Translations under genes and position numbers: made by a program
From: Gammaproteobacteria bacterium
Lineage (GTDB): Bacteria; Pseudomonadota; Gammaproteobacteria; Eutrophobiales; Eutrophobiaceae
Reading direction: 5' to 3'
NCBI GenBank assembly: GCA_030829985.1
Contig: JAURNW010000011.1
Coordinates: forward strand, 79,086-143,085
DNA: 64,000 bases
In this document: positions 19,921-30,513 of the stretch, in pieces
How positions within the stretch are numbered: the first letter of the stretch is position 1
Layout of the letters: every line of letters starts with the position of its first letter
The notes under the pieces: model-generated
What the model saw: only the letters and a program-made list of their open reading frames with translations
Database searches by the model: none
What the model was told of the DNA's origin: nothing

Positions 19921-21457
19921 TTAATCAACAAGTTCATTCGCTTGTTCTCTTAATTTAAATTTTTGTATCTTTCCAGTGGAAGTCTTTGGTAATGAACTGA
20001 AGATGATTGTTTTTGGTGCTTTAAAATGCTCAATATGTTCACGACAAAATTCGATCAGCTCTTTTGCACTCAAGTCTTGCCCTTCTTTTAAAGTAACAAA
20101 GGCGCAAGCAGTTTCTCCCCATTTTTCATCCGGCCTTGCAACAACTGCTGCCTCCAAAACTTTTGGGTGACGATATAAAACACCTTCCACTTCAATACTG
20201 GAAATATTCTCTCCACCAGAAATGATAATATCCTTGGATCGATCCTTAATCTGGATATAACCATCTTCATGCCACACTGCCAGATCGCCACTATGAAACC
20301 AGCCCCCTTTCAAGGCCTCATCAGTTGTACCGGGATTTTTCAGATAGCCTTTCATTACAATATTACCCTGAAACATAATCTCACCGATGGTATTGCCATC
20401 TTTCGCAACGGGTTCCATCGTATCAGGATCGGCAACTATCAAACCCTCCAGCATCGGATAGCCTACACCTTGTCGGGATTTAAGTTTAGATTGCTCTGCA
20501 AAATGCAAGCTATCCCATTCACTATGCCAGGCACAACCTGCTGCAGGACCGTAGGTTTCGGTCAAACCATAAACATGTGTGACATCAAAACCGATTTTCT
20601 GCATGGCTTCCATCACTGCTGCCGGTGGAGCCGCACCGGCTGTCATTACCTTTACTTTATGATCGAGGCTCTGCTTCAAATCATCTGCAGCATTCACCAT
20701 CAGGTTTAATACAATCGGGGCACCTGAAAGATGGTCCACCTTTTCTTTTTTTATCAGATTATAAATCGCATCTTCGCGAACCTTACGTAAACAGACATTC
20801 GTTCCAGCAGTTGCAGCAACTGTCCATGCAAAACACCATCCGTTACAGTGAAACATAGGCAGGGTCCAGAGATAAGTCGGATGCATTGGCATTTGCCAAA
20901 ACATCATATTGGAAACCGCATTCAGATACGCGCCACGATGATGGTAAACCACGCCTTTGGGTTCGCCCGTTGTGCCCGAAGTATAGTTAAGACTAATCGC
21001 ATCCCATTCATCATCTGGTAAAGACCATTCAAAATCAGATGAGCCTTGTTGAAGGAATGCTTCATATTCAATCTCACCCAATAATTCACCACCATCATAC
21101 TGAGGATCATCAACATCAATCGGAATTGAGACGAATATTAAGCGCGTTAAGGACACCTCCCGCCATTGCAACACCAAAATGAGCTTCTACCATCGCCGGC
21201 ACATTCGGTAACATAACAGCAACCGCGCCACCTTTGCTTACGCCATATTTCTGTAAAGCTGAAGCCAGTCTTCGACAACGCACATAAGTTTCTGACCATT
21301 GATAACGTATATCGCCGTAAATGATCGAATATTGTTGGGGATAAACAAAGGCCGCTCGTTGCAAAAAGGTTAGCGGCGAAAGCGCTGTATAGTTTGCGGA
21401 ATTTTTACCCAAACCCACTTCGTAAATATGATCAGGATTCATCTCAATTAAATACAA
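19921..21457 (-). pseudogene. disrupted AMP-dependent acyl-CoA synthetase (DmdB/medium-chain acyl-CoA ligase-like): frameshift plus apparent internal deletion
   Basis: An N-terminal ORF (21116-21457: ...MLPNVPAMVEAHFGVAMAGGVLNALNIRLNSD*) and a C-terminal ORF in another frame (19921-21177: ...IPIDVDDPQY...YTSGTTGEPKGVVYHHRG...) together make a single AMP-binding enzyme. The junction lacks the roughly 30 aa normally found between the LN(T/I)RL motif and the (I/V)DVDDP region, and the frames differ. Confidence 0.5.
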
Positions 21458-21766
21458 GTCATTAATATGGGTAGATTATATCGCATATGCAATTATTCAT
21501 CGCCGCTCAGTGTTGAAAAAAGGCCTTAAAATAGCAATGTAAATAGACCGATATGGAAATTATGCTTTTATAACCATACTATTAAAACTGGAGTATAATT
21601 TCGATATATTGAAAAAAATCATCATATACAAAGTATTTACAATTCAATGGCATTATTCGAGAAAACGAAAGCCCATTACATCAGTAATGCCATATACCCC
21701 AAGTAATGCTTCGCAAGAGTCATCAGTTGGATAAACACTATAGTGACGATAAAGGAGAATTAATCG

Positions 21767-22684
21767 GTGAAAGATTTCGACCTTGATTTCAAGTTTAAAG
21801 ACATCGTGGAATCTGCAAATGACATAATTATTGTTACTAAACCTGTAAACAACGACGTTACCAAGCAAACAATTGTTTACGTAAACTCGGCATTTACACG
21901 ATTAACGGGGTACTCATCTGAGGAAGTCGTTGGAAAAACTTCACAACTACTAGAGCTGTTTAAAGATGAGGTTGTCAGAAAAGACATCGAAAAAAAATTG
22001 ACGGAAAAGATGCCTGTAAAAAGAACTATCGAGACCACTAACAAGAGTGGAGAAACGTTACTTTTAGATTTAAGTATGTTGCCGTTAAAGGATGATAACG
22101 GCGAGGGAAACTATTTTGTTTCAATTGAAAGAGATATAACAAAAGAAAAAAGTCTATTTATTGAACTTGAAAAATTATCAAAAACTGACCCGTTAACGGG
22201 TCTAAGTAACCGACGGGAACTAATAGAATATACTGAAATTGAGTTTGCGCGTGCCAATAGAGAAAATAAAGGTATATACATTCTCATTATAGATTTAGAT
22301 TATTTCAAAAAAATAAATGATACCTATGGTCATTCCGTTGGTGATCGGGTGTTAATAGAAGTTTCAAAAGCGTTATCAAGTCAAACTCGTATCTATGATA
22401 TGGCAGCTAGAATAGGTGGTGAAGAATTCTGTGTTCTCTTATCTAAAGTTGAGCATAAATTTGCATTGCAAGCTGCAGAAAGAATCAGGAAGTCCATTTC
22501 AGATATTGTTGTTTATGATGATGATGAGAATTTAATAAAGATAACAGCAAGTATCGGCGTTGCATATAATCAGCCAGGAGAAAGCGTTGATTCTGTCATT
22601 AAACATGCAGATACAGCCTTATATCAGGCAAAGGCTAAAGGTAGAAACTGTGTAGTTGAATATCAGGCTGATAAAAAGACTTAA
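21767..22684 (+). CDS. PAS-domain diguanylate cyclase (GGDEF)
   Basis: GGEEF active site (RIGGEEFCVL), an upstream RxxD-like I-site region and an N-terminal PAS-like segment. Probable GTG start at 21767. Confidence 0.85.
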   Translation: MKDFDLDFKFKDIVESANDIIIVTKPVNNDVTKQTIVYVNSAFTRLTGYSSEEVVGKTSQLLELFKDEVVRKDIEKKLTEKMPVKRTIETTNKSGETLLLDLSMLPLKDDNGEGNYFVSIERDITKEKSLFIELEKLSKTDPLTGLSNRRELIEYTEIEFARANRENKGIYILIIDLDYFKKINDTYGHSVGDRVLIEVSKALSSQTRIYDMAARIGGEEFCVLLSKVEHKFALQAAERIRKSISDIVVYDDDENLIKITASIGVAYNQPGESVDSVIKHADTALYQAKAKGRNCVVEYQADKKT

Positions 22685-22692
22685 TCTTTGTA

Positions 22693-23145
22693 TCAAATAA
22701 GTAGATCACCGAACCCCCACAAAAATGTCCCGGTTATCAATAAGGACATTTCCAGCACGCCGAGTGAAAATTTCAGTTTTTGTGTGAGCTCTTCAGCCTG
22801 TTTTTCATAAGCCTCATTAATCCCTTCAATTTCCTTATCAGTTGCTTCTTTATCTAATCCTTCTTCAGCAAGACGGGCTCTGGCACAGGCTAGTGAATTG
22901 CGCTTTTGTCGTTTTAAACGACTCAGAATTATTTGTTCCTGGACAATAACGCTCAAACCAGACCAGATACCCAATATCACAATGAGACACCCCGCCCGCG
23001 TCAACCACTCAGTTCCCATGAATTCAATCCGGGACAGAAAGATGCCCGATACAATCAAACATATTGCGACAATCCAGAGCAGGATTTGATGATGACGTGA
23101 TTGCATAAAAGAATCTTGAATGGTCAATTTTTTCTCCAATTTCAA
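22693..23145 (-). CDS. hypothetical membrane protein with a C-terminal coiled-coil segment
   Basis: 150-aa ORF with 2-3 predicted TM helices (LLWIVAICLIVSGIFL, CLIVILGIWSGLSVIV) and a charged helical stretch. No recognisable family. Confidence 0.35.
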   Translation of the reverse strand: MKLEKKLTIQDSFMQSRHHQILLWIVAICLIVSGIFLSRIEFMGTEWLTRAGCLIVILGIWSGLSVIVQEQIILSRLKRQKRNSLACARARLAEEGLDKEATDKEIEGINEAYEKQAEELTQKLKFSLGVLEMSLLITGTFLWGFGDLLI

Positions 23146-23443
23146 TCTATAACAGTGTGATAAATTATTGTGTGCAATAAAGTGTTTACCTCATTTTACA
23201 CTGTTCTGTTTTATTCGCTTATTAAACTACATCAGAGTGATTCGGATAATCGATATTTTTATCTGCGGTTATTCAAATATTACTCAATACTATTATCTTT
23301 AATTTTATGTTGGCGAATCGCATCATGCATTACATCAGTGTGGTGATTAAAGAAATTATTATGTCGCACTTTGAAAAAACAGGGATAAGTGTCATTCAAT
23401 GAAAGCAATGACTGTTCTGATGCAATCTATTTACTTGAGAAAT

Positions 23444-23944
23444 TTATAAACCTTGATCTCGTGTTCTTACCCATGTTTGCTGAATAATATAGGCGTCATA
23501 ACTGGCCCGATGTCTTTTTAAGTCCATTTCTGCAAGTATTTTATCCTTCGTATCATGCCAAATAGCCATTTGTGGTTCAGACAGAATCATTTCGAGGGGA
23601 CTGGTAGAAAACTTTGGCTCTATACTGCACTCATAAAATAATTTGAGTATCCATGGCTTGTCGACCACCCAGCCATCGGTATACACCGTCTTACCATCCA
23701 ATAGTTCATTCAACTCATTAGCAACTTCATGCAAAGGTTTGCCGTAGCTTTCAAGAATATCTCTTGGAATACGATGTACCCCTTCTGCGTCATCATCCCA
23801 ATGCGTCCAATCTTCATGAGGCAACAATAAACTGCAGTATTTCTGTCCGTCTTCCAACGCTATACCAATTTCAATCGGATAACTTTCCGGACCAAAGCCG
23901 GAGGCTTCTACATCAATAATGAGTGGCTCTGAAATCAATTTCAT
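23444..23944 (-). CDS. DEDDh-family 3'-5' exonuclease (DnaQ-like fold)
   Basis: Exo I DVEASG, Exo II YTDGWVVDKPW and Exo III HRASYDAY motifs within 166 aa. Confidence 0.6.
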   Translation of the reverse strand: MKLISEPLIIDVEASGFGPESYPIEIGIALEDGQKYCSLLLPHEDWTHWDDDAEGVHRIPRDILESYGKPLHEVANELNELLDGKTVYTDGWVVDKPWILKLFYECSIEPKFSTSPLEMILSEPQMAIWHDTKDKILAEMDLKRHRASYDAYIIQQTWVRTRDQGL

Positions 23945-24152
23945 GAATCGTACTTACCTCGAATTGAATGATGTTTTCTTGGGTTTATTTAATTACCTAA
24001 CAGGTATAGGGACTTTATAACATAGAATTCTGTAAGTCAGAATGTTCAGATCTAATCTGAACTGAAATAAAATATTTTGCACCAATATGGAACGGCGATG
24101 AGATTAAACAGTGTTTGTGATTAGCCTGATTTACTGACTGTATCAGGAAAAT

Positions 24153-25211
24153 CTAATACGTATAAGACAATGATATCGAACCAAAACTTTGACCGTTACT
24201 TTGCCCTTTGTATTCCTTGGATCGAAATACTTGCGCATAAGACAACTTTATATTCTTTATAACAAAACTTGAACCGAGTACAAATTCACCAACCAGCGAT
24301 TTTTTATCAACGCTATGACTATCACTGAATGTATTACCATCAAGAAAAATATCGCGTAGAACCCAGCGACCATTGGTCGCAGCAAAAACATAAAAACTTA
24401 ATGCATTTTTGCCCTGTTGATAACGTGGATCAGTTGCATCGGTAGGTGCGTTGGTATTACCAGCAGGCCGAATTAGTGCTGACCCAAAATCAGTAGGAAT
24501 ATTCCAGCCAAAACGAAATTCCGCACCGGACGTCAAATTGGTAAAGACATTACCCAGTGCGACACCGCCATGAATGATGGTATCAAAACCAAACATACCG
24601 ACAATATCATTCCGCCTGATTATACGTTGTTTGCGATCATAAATTAATGCCAGACCAACTTCTGTATCAAGCTGGTTGTCCCAGCCATTTGCTTTATCAA
24701 TACCACGAATCGAATGTACTAAATCCTGAGCTTCTTGCGCTAATGAAAAATCACCAACTAAGCCCAACTGAATCTCAAAACTATCCAGTCGTCTTTGATT
24801 CTTGCTATAAAATGCAACGTCACCATACAACCAACCTGCATAAGGTCGTTCATTCACTACAAGATTACGACTTACAATATCTTGCGGGGTAAACATCTTT
24901 TGCCCGAACGAAAAGGATAAATGCCGTTGTCTATCAGGATCATCACTGAATGGCAGCATGTTGATAAAGTTTCGAGCTTGTCGACCAAGAAAAGTATCTT
25001 GCTTAAACCATTCAAGATCTTCAAACCATTTTAGTTCAGGAGAGATCCAGTTAAGTTGTATCCCATTGGTATAAAATCGATCAGTATCCGCGAATAGATC
25101 ATTTTCGTAACCAAGACTAAAGGTCCATGATTCATGTGGTGGCTTATCAGCAAGTGCCGATGTTGAAAAACAAAGTAAACTAAATAATAAACTTGTCGTT
25201 CTAAAATACAT
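24153..25211 (-). CDS. outer-membrane beta-barrel protein, LpxR-family lipid A deacylase-like
   Basis: Signal peptide MYFRTTSLLFSLLCFSTSALA, alternating amphipathic beta-strands and a C-terminal aromatic residue (...SLSYTY). The start codon overlaps the dgkA stop (TAATG). The LpxR assignment comes from overall resemblance only. Confidence 0.5.
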   Translation of the reverse strand: MYFRTTSLLFSLLCFSTSALADKPPHESWTFSLGYENDLFADTDRFYTNGIQLNWISPELKWFEDLEWFKQDTFLGRQARNFINMLPFSDDPDRQRHLSFSFGQKMFTPQDIVSRNLVVNERPYAGWLYGDVAFYSKNQRRLDSFEIQLGLVGDFSLAQEAQDLVHSIRGIDKANGWDNQLDTEVGLALIYDRKQRIIRRNDIVGMFGFDTIIHGGVALGNVFTNLTSGAEFRFGWNIPTDFGSALIRPAGNTNAPTDATDPRYQQGKNALSFYVFAATNGRWVLRDIFLDGNTFSDSHSVDKKSLVGEFVLGSSFVIKNIKLSYAQVFRSKEYKGQSNGQSFGSISLSYTY

Positions 25212-25573
25212 TAATAAATCAGTATCAATACCCAAACTATCGCAGCATTGACCAGGGACAATAAAACTGCCGATGAGCCTATATCTTTTGCACGACCTGA
25301 TAATTCATGATGATCCGTGCCTACCCTGTCAGTAATCGCTTCAATACCAGTATTCAATAATTCAACGATCAATATTAAAAGTATCACGCTAACTAATATT
25401 GCTTTTTCTAAACCAGTGTCACCCAGATATAAACCGAGAGGGATAGTAAAAATGGCAAGCAAGATTTCCTGTCGAAACGCTGCTTCATTTGCGTAGGCAG
25501 CTTTAAATCCCTGCCATGAATATTGTGTTGCCTTGATTAGCCGGGTAATACCCTGAGGACCTTGTACAGCCAT
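25211..25573 (-). CDS. dgkA: diacylglycerol kinase
   Basis: 120-aa three-TM protein with FRQEILLAIF...ELLNTGIEAITDRV, characteristic of DgkA. Confidence 0.9.
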   Translation of the reverse strand: MAVQGPQGITRLIKATQYSWQGFKAAYANEAAFRQEILLAIFTIPLGLYLGDTGLEKAILVSVILLILIVELLNTGIEAITDRVGTDHHELSGRAKDIGSSAVLLSLVNAAIVWVLILIY

Positions 25574-25706
25574 ATCAATTAAAGTAATAAGTCCTTAATT
25601 ATGTTTTTTGTTCTTGTCTTTTCATTCTCATAAAATGAGAATCATTTGATTAAATCTAAACTGAATAACGATTTTCACCAGCAATGAAGATAGAAAAAAC
25701 GCTGCT

Positions 25707-26204
25707 CTATAGCGCTGCAAGTGCAGTATCGTAATCAGGCTCTTCCGCAATCTCAGGCACCAGTTCTGAATGAATAACCTTATCATTCTCATCGATGACC
25801 ACAACTGCACGAGTAGTAATTCCGGCCAGTGGTCCATCTTCAATCAACACCCCATAGTCTTTGGCGAATTTTCGTGATCGCATCATAGATAGTGTAATAA
25901 TATTATTTGTACTTTCCGCTTTACAAAAACGTGACATGGCGAAGGGCAAATCAGCAGAAATCATCAACAGTACAGCATCCGGTTTTTGTTTTGCTGCTTT
26001 ATTAAACTTTTTAGTAGAGGTGGCACAGGTTGGAGTATCCAGACTAGGCACAATATTTAATAACTTTTTCTTTCCCTTATAGGTCGCGAGTGAGACATTA
26101 TTCAGCGCTGAATCTACCAGGGAAAAATCAGGCGCAACATCACCAACCCTTGGTAATTCGCCATTGGTGTGCGTTTCTGTGCCTCTCAATGTTACTATGG
26201 CCAT
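25707..26204 (-). CDS. tpx: thiol peroxidase (atypical 2-Cys peroxiredoxin)
   Basis: LNIVPSLDTPTCATSTKKFN with the peroxidatic Cys. 165 aa. Confidence 0.9.
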   Translation of the reverse strand: MAIVTLRGTETHTNGELPRVGDVAPDFSLVDSALNNVSLATYKGKKKLLNIVPSLDTPTCATSTKKFNKAAKQKPDAVLLMISADLPFAMSRFCKAESTNNIITLSMMRSRKFAKDYGVLIEDGPLAGITTRAVVVIDENDKVIHSELVPEIAEEPDYDTALAAL

Positions 26205-26210
26205 ATTGGT

Positions 26211-26600
26211 TTAACCTTCTTCAGTTAATTCGGAATAACTTTCGGCATCAATCAAATCATCTAGTTCTGCATCATCAATTGCTTTTATTACAAATATCCA
26301 TCCATCACTATAGGGCTCTGCATTAATTAATTCTGGCGCATCTTCCAGCGCGGAATTAACTTCGATAATAATGCCGCTCAATGGGCAATTGATATCTGAG
26401 GTTGATTTAACCGACTCAACCACAGCACATTCATCGGTCTGGCCATACTCACGATCGATTTCCGGTGTTCCTATGTAAACGACATCACCCAACTGGTCCT
26501 GAGCAAAGTCTGTAATACCAACGCGATAGGTATTCTCACCGAGATCCTCCACCCAGACATGACTATTCGTGTATTTTAAATCAGCAGGTACGCTATGCAT
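26211..26600 (-). CDS. gcvH: glycine cleavage system H protein
   Basis: Lipoyl-lysine motif VESVKSTSDI, 129 aa and an acidic C-terminus. Confidence 0.9.
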   Translation of the reverse strand: MHSVPADLKYTNSHVWVEDLGENTYRVGITDFAQDQLGDVVYIGTPEIDREYGQTDECAVVESVKSTSDINCPLSGIIIEVNSALEDAPELINAEPYSDGWIFVIKAIDDAELDDLIDAESYSELTEEG

Positions 26601-26685
26601 GAAATTTGCCCACTCTATAATTTAATATTATTGATGTTTATTGAGCTAAGATTAATCCTAGTTTAAGACAGGGAACGATTATTCG

Positions 26686-27747
26686 CTACCTGCCCCTTGG
26701 CTTTTTTTCAGGAAATATAACGAGATGATCAATCTCCACTCGGATCCCTATAGCTTCATTAATCGGATGGTCGTGATGGCTAGGCACCAGACTTAGCAAC
26801 TGTAAACCACTATCGAGTTCAAGTGTATATAAAAACTCAGCCCCTCTAAAGGCCTTGTCAATGACTCTCGCGGTCATGTGACTGTCATCATCATGCAAAA
26901 TATCGTCAGGCCTGATTAATACGCGCACTGTTTCGCCTAATTCTGTTTCATGAGAGACAGGACTTTGAATAATGCCAACTTCAGTTTGGACTTCTTTAGC
27001 ATTAATCACTTCTCCACTGATAAAAACACCCTCACCAATAAACTTGGCGACTACTGATGTTTGTGGTTCGTGATACAGATTAATCGCGGTATCCCATTGT
27101 AATAATTGACCTTCATTCATAACACCAATGACATCCGCCATGGCAAATGCTTCAAGTTGATTATGTGTAACCATGATAGTGGTAATACCATCTTTCTTTA
27201 ATATCTGACGTAATTCGCGCGCAATTTGTTCGCGTAGTTCAACATCAAGACTGGCGAATGGTTCGTCGAGTAACAAGACTCCCGGACGTGGCGCCATCGC
27301 GCGTGCCAGAGCAACACGCTGTTGTTGTCCACCTGATAAATTATGTGGGTATTTATTGAGATGATTTTCCAGCGATAGTAGAGCCACAAGTTCATCTAAT
27401 CGTTGTTTTACCAACGATGCATTGAGCTTCCTTAAACCAAAGATAATATTATCTTTTACACTCATGTGCGGAAATAAAGCATAATCCTGAAACACCATCC
27501 CGATATTACGTTGTTCTACCGGGAGATAATGTGTCGCATTACTGACCCTGACTCCTTTAATCCAGACCTCGCCCTGATATTGTTTTTCAAACCCGGCAAT
27601 ACAGCGCAATAGTGTTGTTTTGCCGCAGCCACTAGCTCCAAGCAAACATGCAATTTCAGCTTCATTCACACCAAAGGAAATATCTTCCAGTATAGGTCGA
27701 CCTTCTATGGCTAAAGAGACATCTTTAATTTCTATAGCGTTATTCAT
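26686..27747 (-). CDS. fbpC: Fe(3+)-type ABC transporter ATP-binding protein (FbpC/PotA-like)
   Basis: Walker A GASGCGKTT, signature LSGGQQQRVALARA and Walker B LLLDEP, plus a C-terminal TOBE-like domain. Co-operonic with an FbpB-like permease. Confidence 0.85.
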   Translation of the reverse strand: MNNAIEIKDVSLAIEGRPILEDISFGVNEAEIACLLGASGCGKTTLLRCIAGFEKQYQGEVWIKGVRVSNATHYLPVEQRNIGMVFQDYALFPHMSVKDNIIFGLRKLNASLVKQRLDELVALLSLENHLNKYPHNLSGGQQQRVALARAMAPRPGVLLLDEPFASLDVELREQIARELRQILKKDGITTIMVTHNQLEAFAMADVIGVMNEGQLLQWDTAINLYHEPQTSVVAKFIGEGVFISGEVINAKEVQTEVGIIQSPVSHETELGETVRVLIRPDDILHDDDSHMTARVIDKAFRGAEFLYTLELDSGLQLLSLVPSHHDHPINEAIGIRVEIDHLVIFPEKKPRGR

Positions 27748-29444
27748 TGTGATGATTTATTACCTGGACGCGATTTTGAAATTGAATTACTAATTAGAAT
27801 AACCGGAATAATACCGGCCATAACAATGGCAAGCGCAGGTACAGCTGCATCAGCCAGTAATTCCTCATTAGCGAGTTCATAAGTACGCACCGCTAGCGTA
27901 TTAAAGTTAAAAGGTCGCAGTATAAGGGTTGCAGGTAATTCTTTAAGTACATCCACAAACACCAGTAATAACGCCGTTAATAAACTGCCACGCATCATTG
28001 GCATATGAATGCGTTTTACGATATTCGCTGGTACCATACCGGCGGTCTTGGCAACCTCATCCATGACTGGTTTGATTTTGCCCAGCGCAGCTTCGGAAGT
28101 ATTGATAGATACGGCAAGGAAACGTACCAGATAGGCAAAAATCAATGTAAAGACTGTACCACTAATCAATAAACCACTATTTATATTGAAATTATCCATC
28201 AGGATTCTATCTAATGTGTTATCAAACCAGGCAAACGGTATTAACACACCAACAGCGATGACAGTGCCGGGGATTGCATAACCCATGCTGACAAACCGCA
28301 CCATCATTCTATTAATTACTGACTGACTGTTTCTATTTGAATATGCCATAAACAAGGCAATAAAAAGCGCAAGGATAGAGGTTATAAACGCCAGCAACAA
28401 ACTATTGAACAATAAAGCATAGAAGTCTTTACCCAAAACACTGGAATAAGTATCCAGCGACCAATTGATTAGCAAACCTACTGGAATAATAAAACCAAAG
28501 ACCACGGGTGCGGCACATACTGACAATGCAATTGTACCTTGGCCCTTACTTAATTGCTGTTGCATTAACCTGCTGTATCGACTGCTGGTATGATGATAAC
28601 GCGCCTGTCTTCTCGAACGTTTTTCCAGATATAAAAAAAAGACAACAAACACCAGCAACAGCGCAGACAATTGTGCAGCCGCCATACTATTGCCCAAGCC
28701 GAACCAGGTTCTGAATATACCTGTCGTAAAAGCAGACACCCCAAAATATTGGACAGTGCCATAATCAGCAAGTGTCTCCATCACAACCAGAGATAAACCC
28801 ACCATGATAGCGGGTCGCGCTAGTGGTAAAGCAACACGTCTGAACGCATCAACCGTGTTACAACCGAGAGTGCGAGAAACTTCGAGCACACAGATTGATT
28901 GTTCTATAAACGCAGCACGTGCCAATAAATAAATGTAAGGATATAAAACCAACGATAACATTGCTATCGCCCCACCCAATGACCGGACTTCGGGGAACCA
29001 GTAATCTCGGTAATGCCAACCGGTGAGTGCCCTTATCATAGTTTGAAATGGTCCGGCCACATCCAGTGCGCCCGTGTAACTATAGGCAATAATATAAGCG
29101 GGTATAGACATAGGCAGTAACAATGCCCATTCAAGTTGCCGACTCATCGGAAACCGATACATGGTAACCATCCATGCCGGAATCACACCAAGTAGTAAAC
29201 TGAAGAAACCAACCCCGATTAATAATGCAAGTGAATTACCTATATAGTCAGTTAAAACAGTATCGCTTAAATGCGTCCACACTTCTTTTTCTGGAAAAAG
29301 TATTGAACCAAAAACAACGGCTAAAGGAATACTAAAGAGTAATGAAACTAATACTAATAGCGTATTCCATTTAGTTGCATTGAATGAACGCGTTTTAAAT
29401 TCAGATGCATTTGATAACGCTTGCGCGGCACGGGTAACAAGCAT
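27744..29444 (-). CDS. fbpB: iron(III) ABC transporter permease (duplicated transmembrane domain, FbpB/HitB-like)
   Basis: 566-aa protein with two tandem six-TM permease modules. Overlaps fbpC by 4 nt. Confidence 0.85.
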   Translation of the reverse strand: MLVTRAAQALSNASEFKTRSFNATKWNTLLVLVSLLFSIPLAVVFGSILFPEKEVWTHLSDTVLTDYIGNSLALLIGVGFFSLLLGVIPAWMVTMYRFPMSRQLEWALLLPMSIPAYIIAYSYTGALDVAGPFQTMIRALTGWHYRDYWFPEVRSLGGAIAMLSLVLYPYIYLLARAAFIEQSICVLEVSRTLGCNTVDAFRRVALPLARPAIMVGLSLVVMETLADYGTVQYFGVSAFTTGIFRTWFGLGNSMAAAQLSALLLVFVVFFLYLEKRSRRQARYHHTSSRYSRLMQQQLSKGQGTIALSVCAAPVVFGFIIPVGLLINWSLDTYSSVLGKDFYALLFNSLLLAFITSILALFIALFMAYSNRNSQSVINRMMVRFVSMGYAIPGTVIAVGVLIPFAWFDNTLDRILMDNFNINSGLLISGTVFTLIFAYLVRFLAVSINTSEAALGKIKPVMDEVAKTAGMVPANIVKRIHMPMMRGSLLTALLLVFVDVLKELPATLILRPFNFNTLAVRTYELANEELLADAAVPALAIVMAGIIPVILISNSISKSRPGNKSSQ

Positions 29445-29456
29445 ATCTATTCAGAC

Positions 29457-30461
29457 TTACTTCCAGCCGACTCGATCCATCAGCAAAACACTATCTCTAT
29501 TGTATTTCCCCAGCAAACTGAGATTAAGCTTATCAGCCTTGAAGTCACCCCAACTTTTCAGAATTGAACTACTATCGATAGCAAGATTAATCGAAAATTC
29601 ATAGTTGGTATCTGCATACCAATGTTGCGCATAATCACTTACTAGAAATTCAAGCAATTGGATCGCTTCTTTTTTATTCTTTGATGGTTTTAAGATCCCT
29701 GCACCACTGACATTCATGTGCGCACCCCGACCCGCTTGATCCGGCCAGAACAATTTTATTTTCTTTGCTGCCTCAACTTCATCTTCCTGATTAGACGCCA
29801 GCATACCTGCCAGATAATAGGTATTAACCAATGCAACATCACACACTTCAGCAGCGACTGCTTTTATTTGATCACGATCACCGCCCTTCGGTTTTCTGGC
29901 AAAATTCTTAACCAGACCCGCAGCCCAGGCTTCTGTCTTTTCAAGGCCTTCATTAGCAATCATTGCGGCAACGAGTGATTGATTGTAAACATTGGATGAT
30001 GATCGTACACAGATACGATCTTTCCATTTTTTGTTTGCCAGATCAGCATAGTTTGATAGCTCGGAAGCCTTAACTCGATCCGGCGCATAGATGATCACCC
30101 GTGAGCGTAAGGATAAACCAAACCATTGCTTATCACTGTCTCGATAATACTCAGGAATTGCTTTATCTAATACATCAGAATCAGTCTGTTGAAATAGACC
30201 GCTTTCTTTGGCTCTGATCAAGCGTGCAACATCAACAGTTAACAAAATATCCGCTGGTGAATTTCTACCTTCCACTTCCAGTCTCTTTAATAATGTATCT
30301 GCTTCGCCGGTCACCAGGTTGACTTGAATACCGGTCTCTTTGGTGAACTGGTCAAACAATGGTTTTATCAAGGCTTCTTTTCTGGCTGAATAGACATTGA
30401 CTTCTGCAGCGAATGATAATTGCTGTATAAATAATAGACTGATCAATAATAATTTATTCAT
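29457..30461 (-). CDS. fbpA: Fe(3+) ABC transporter periplasmic substrate-binding protein (FbpA/AfuA-like)
   Basis: Signal peptide followed by VNVYSARKEALIKPLFDQFTKETGIQVNLVTG, typical of FbpA/FutA family binding proteins. Confidence 0.8.
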   Translation of the reverse strand: MNKLLLISLLFIQQLSFAAEVNVYSARKEALIKPLFDQFTKETGIQVNLVTGEADTLLKRLEVEGRNSPADILLTVDVARLIRAKESGLFQQTDSDVLDKAIPEYYRDSDKQWFGLSLRSRVIIYAPDRVKASELSNYADLANKKWKDRICVRSSSNVYNQSLVAAMIANEGLEKTEAWAAGLVKNFARKPKGGDRDQIKAVAAEVCDVALVNTYYLAGMLASNQEDEVEAAKKIKLFWPDQAGRGAHMNVSGAGILKPSKNKKEAIQLLEFLVSDYAQHWYADTNYEFSINLAIDSSSILKSWGDFKADKLNLSLLGKYNRDSVLLMDRVGWK

Positions 30462-30493
30462 GGTGTGCCAGATTCGCTAATAATTTTTATATT

Positions 30494-30513
30494 ATAAATG
30501 ATTATGAATTACA
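30494..30513. promoter_or_regulatory. Fur-box-like site upstream of fbpA
   Basis: TATAAATGATTATGAATTAC, an array of GATAAT-like hexamers 35-50 bp upstream of the fbpA start. Confidence 0.45.
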
